Below, in pieces: positions 59,511 to 64,000 of a stretch of DNA of 64,000 nt. The stretch is from Marsupella aquatica. Taxonomy: Eukaryota > Plantae > Marchantiophyta. The DNA is taken from assembly GCA_973895155.1 (NCBI GenBank), contig OZ316894.1, positions 26,900,340 to 26,964,339 on the forward strand, written 5' to 3'. The number at the start of each line of letters is the position of its first letter. The stretch's first letter is position 1. Below the pieces are notes generated by a model that had not been told where the DNA came from, did no database searches, and saw only the letters and a program-made list of their open reading frames with translations. The translations under genes and the position numbers were made by a program.

Positions 59511-60314
59511 TTGTTTCATGCATCTTGCCTTGGCAGGCCTGTGAAAGCTAAATCACTGAGTTTATTTGACTGCTCCGTTCCCCCCCCTCTCTCGGTGCTT
59601 TGATGTGCAGTATTCATTCTCCACCCTAAACTCTGTCTTGTCCTTCTTCTCATTGGTCGAGGAGAGAGGCCCCAAGGGGGGCAGAAGTAGTCTTCAATCT
59701 TTGTTCCCACTTTTCAAAAAGGGTCCCAAATGGAGCTAGAGAGTGCAAGGGCTGACAGAGGTTGGGAATATAGAAGGGTTGTGAAATCATGGTGGCAACT
59801 GGGGTCTACATGCTAAGTTTTATGGTCTCAGACAGAGGGAGGGACCGACTAGAAGTCACAAATGTGGAAGTGGTGATTGTGATTCTTGCTGCCTAGCTAG
59901 ACCTGTCAGCACAATCGAATGTTACAAGGGGTGAAGTGTGCTAGTGTGAGAGATATCAGGATTGAGAATGATTGGTTGTCTCATTAGAGAATAGGTTTGT
60001 GTGGTGATCGATTTGTGGGATTCCGCAATCAATGAAGCTTCAGCTTTCTTCATCGTTGCTCTCTTACAACTGTGCACGCATGTGCATGACCTATATTGCA
60101 GTCCTGTTCTAACGTCCCAAGTTGAACGAGCCAGAATTACTTCTTCACGGGTTAACGAGTTCACAGTAGTGGGGTTGCTGCACTGTCTGGCTCCTTCCAA
60201 TTAAGGATGTCAATGTATGTAACGATAGAGGATCATTGTTAGGTGCCGGTACGTACGTGCTGCAAGTGCCAGAACTACTTGTAAGCAGACGACAATCTGT
60301 TTGCAGCCAGAAAA

Positions 60315-61612
60315 ATGGCAGATCATTCGAACGACCAGATGGCAGGAAGAGCAAAACTGCAAGCCAAGGACCATTATGTGCTAGGGAACGATACCCGTGT
60401 TCCAACTGACGTTCCTCCTGCTGCAGCAAAACATCAGTCATTGAGCCAGCGATTTGAGAATTCTCCCCTTGACCAGACCGTCGATATGCCTCTCGCAGAC
60501 GAACAACCAGGGTGTGGATATTTGGGATCCTTGAAATTGCCATATACATGTCTTATGCGAAAGGTAAGTTCCTACTACCGGTTGCACACTGATAAATTTC
60601 ATCTCTGTACTATGCTAGCTTGTTTTTGTAGTAGCATAGTTTCTCAAGATCTCTCATCTTTTTGGCAATTACCACATCTTGGAACCTCTTCCTCGCACAT
60701 TAATCTTTTTTGGCTTGCATGCTGCATTGAAAGCACTCGCTCCGAACTTCTCGGTGAGGACTACTACAGGCTTTTTGAAAAGTTTCAAATGAATGTCATG
60801 GACCCCTCTACCCAGTCCTCACATAAGTCCTTGTAATTAATCCCGATTAATACTTGGGAGCTTGTGATACTGTCCGCAGTATTGCTGTTGGGAAGCTAGA
60901 TAACATTCATTTGAAGCTTATACGAACGAAATGAATCTGAACGTAGACATCCTCAATGGGGTCAATGCAATAAGTGAGTGAAGACCACATCCCTTGAGGA
61001 GAACAATGCCAACGGCAAATCTCACCAGCTAACCAGGAGAAATCCTTGTATTGAAGCAGGTTGGAGCAGAAATCATTGCTACTTTCATCCTGGTGTTCAC
61101 TGATTGTGGATCTGCGGTAGTGGATGCGAAGCTCGATCAATGGAGCCGTGACACATGTGGGCATGTCTTTATCTTTTGGGATTGTTGTCATGAACATGAT
61201 ATATGTAGTGGGTCACATTTCAGGTGCACACTTGAATCCTTCGGTCACCATTGCCTTTGCAACTGTGCAGCATTTTCCCTGGAAAGATGTGAGTGCTTTT
61301 GCCAGAATGCTTGCCTAGATAAGCAATCTTTCCATCAAGCATATTCTTTAGTGGAAGTTGGGTACGGGGTCGTAGAGGATCGAGATCAAGTCAAATCAAC
61401 AACAGATGATGGATTGCACTAAACCCAGGGGTCAATTGCAATGCTGTACACCACAGGTGCCATTCTACATTGGCGGTCAAATAGCGGCTAGAATCTGTGC
61501 AGGGTATTGTCTCAGGCTATCTTCAGGGATCATGGGCATCTTGGGGCCATTCTACCCACTGGTAAAGACAGGCAATCCTTCATTTTGGAGATCATCATCG
61601 ACTTCATCCTTA
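60315..61612 (+). pseudogene. NIP-subfamily aquaporin pseudogene (exons ~60315-60563, 61060-61288, 61457-~61612)
   Basis: VGAEIIATFILVF, GHISGAHLNPSVTIAFA..HFPWKD, VPFYIGGQ and QSFILEIIIDFIL. Frameshifts in exons 2 and 3. The second NPA half is missing. Confidence 0.85.
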
Positions 61613-63414
61613 AGCCTGCTTTGTCTCAGTGCCCAGAGCAAGGGTCTGTGATCTAGAGTCTCAAACTACCTACCCTTTGTTCTGTTTCATTTGAACATGT
61701 AGGCTATCCAAAAAGGAGACTTTTGCGTTCAAGATCAACTAATCTAGGAATATATATATTGCGCTTCAGTTGCTGTGTCAGGAGAGCAAATTCAATTGTA
61801 ATCTCCTTGAAACAAACATTCACAACAGTACCAAAATAAATGATGACCCTAAACCTGTGACTTGTCAGGTTTTGACGGCATGAATGGTTTCTTTAGCAGA
61901 ATACCAGATCTGTAGAGCAATTGGGGTTGCCACATTCACCTCAATACAAAAACTTTCAATCGTCTTCGTGTAACAACCGTCAAAGTTGAATCAAACCATT
62001 GATGATCACGCATTGAGAGAGAACAAAACCAAACCTCAGAATAAAATATATGATAGTCAAAATTGACTCTGTTTTTGCCAAAGAATTGAATTAAGCGAGA
62101 GACCATTTGCAACGCTCTCTTTGTGCTTGTCTAATGCAAATAAGCTCGTAACAATTGAAGCATATGATAACCGTCTAAATCCTCTATTAACTAATAACAT
62201 TACTCTACTTTGCCCCCACGGAACGAAGCGATTTTCCAGCTCACATTGGACCAGGCTCAAAATACTCTTGAGGACTCTGTGTTATATCGTGCTTCACCTA
62301 TAACTCACCAAAGAGTGAAACAATTTTGAGAGCATTAAGAGACGACAGCCCCCAGCCCCTGTCCAACAGTCCAACCTCTCGGGGCTATTTTCATCTGGTT
62401 TACAATCTGTGCTGACCAAATCAGGTACATTCACAATAAATTTCTTTTCTTCAGACTTTGCAGAGGGTACTCACCATCAAAGCTCAGTTCGAGTTCAATG
62501 CCATAGTGGTTCCACACATCATTGATTTTTGGGGGGTCTTGTGTTGGTCCAAATATCGAATGAGATTATAGTGAAGGGCCCAATGGGCCTGCTCACTAGG
62601 GAGAGTTGTCTAGAGAATGGAACAAATGCAGCAAGGGAGCCAACCAGAGCTCCGTAGACATCGGCGAGGAACCGTGGATGTCTCTGCCAAAATTTACTAC
62701 CACTCTGCCCACGCTACAGTCGTGGAGACGGCAAGACCCTTGAGGTGAGCATTCACTTGTTTTTCACAAGAAGAGATTGACACTTGGCTTCTGGTTGGTA
62801 GTTATGGAGCCTGTATATATCTTCTCTGCACAGCGCGTGCAATGAGGCCGGTCTTCAGGCCATTTCAGGGTATTTAGGGAGCGCGGTGCATGGTCTCCTA
62901 CATGCAGTGCACGGTCTCAACGTTTCAACATTTGGACTCCCACAACATTATTATTAAAACCTTTAAACTCCGCTAGTATTGATTAGGGTGACTTACGGGT
63001 GGTTGCCGTAGGCTCCCATAACATTATTTTTTAAGTGTTCATACACCACTAGCATTCATTGTGACTCACTTGTAGTCCCGCACTCCCATAACATTTCCAA
63101 TAAAAGTCTTTTGCAGCTATAACATTCATGTTGAAACCATTGGACTTCGTTAGCATCAAAAGTGTCACCATTCAATTAGGTTCGTGAGAAATACAAAGGA
63201 AACAAAGCTTGGTCAATGCTTCTAGAATTCCTGTACCAGCCTTCAATCTGGTTCAATTCTTTAATGTGCTCGTCACCTTCAAATTCCCTTCTGCATTATT
63301 GTTGGGTCAGTATTTTGGTCGGGAAGCATTGGCCTTCGAGAATTCCTGTTGCTGGCCTTCAATCTGGTCCTTGACTGTGCTCGCCACCTCCAAATTCCCT
63401 TCAATCTGCATCTT

Positions 63415-63697
63415 GAATCTTGCGTCGCTTGGATGGCATACTGATGTCGTCAATAATTGCAGCAAGTGATGGATTAGAGTCGTTGTTGGATGCAATCTTC
63501 GAGCGAAGGCGTTTCCGAATGGTTACGGTTTTTATGCTTACTGGTGGCAGTGCAGCGTGAATCTTGTGTTGCTTGGATGGCGTACTGACGTTGTCAATAA
63601 TTGCAGCAAGTGATGGATTCGAGTCGTTGTTGGATGCAGTCTTCGAGCAAAGGCGTTTCCGAATGGTTGCGTTATTGATGCTTACTGGTGGCAGTGG
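63415..63697. repeat. 144-bp tandem duplication, open as a 48-aa repeat on the minus strand
   Basis: GAATCTTG..GCTTGGATGGC...CTTACTGGTGGCAGTG at 63415 and 63559. Confidence 0.75.
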
Positions 63698-64000
63698 CGT
63701 GGCGTGGTTTCAGGCCGAGTGTGCAGTGATGGAGCTTCTCTTCTATACAACATCCATGGTTGCGGTATTCATGCCTTGCTACTCACCTCCATCTGTGTTA
63801 CAACTCCATTCAGACACTCCTAGGACCCAAATTGCCTTCACTGTCCAACCCACCATACAAGACTCTTATGTAAAGGCTGTGTCTCACATGCAATGCATGG
63901 TATGTCTCCAAGTTTCAGCATATGGACTCCCACAACATTTCTGGTTAAAGTGGAGGCTCCCATAACATTTCCGGTTAAACCGTAGACTCCCATAGCTTTC

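Noticed and set aside
62050-62800. Open stretches on the minus strand
   Set aside because: No recognisable motif or consistent exon structure.

Overview
This is eukaryotic, TE-rich land-plant DNA. The PLS-DYW PPR style and TE ORF families suggest a bryophyte, which is an inference. From left to right: (1) A 19.1-kb CACTA/En-Spm transposon (180-19284). It carries large internal satellites, spliced TnpD and TnpA-like genes, and an extra ORF encoding an EDM2-like PHD cassette whose N-terminus resembles the histone H3 tail. (2) A decayed Bianca-type Ty1/copia element. (3) A direct segmental duplication, each copy with a DYW-type PPR RNA-editing factor; the two differ in array length and code residues. 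(4) A nest of decayed TEs. (5) A fungal-type tyrosine-recombinase/RecQ-helicase fusion gene, split by a 4.66-kb TG...CA element with a 5-bp TSD that itself holds a ~1210-codon ORF. (6) A NIP aquaporin pseudogene. All family assignments come from motif recognition by eye; no database searches were run.
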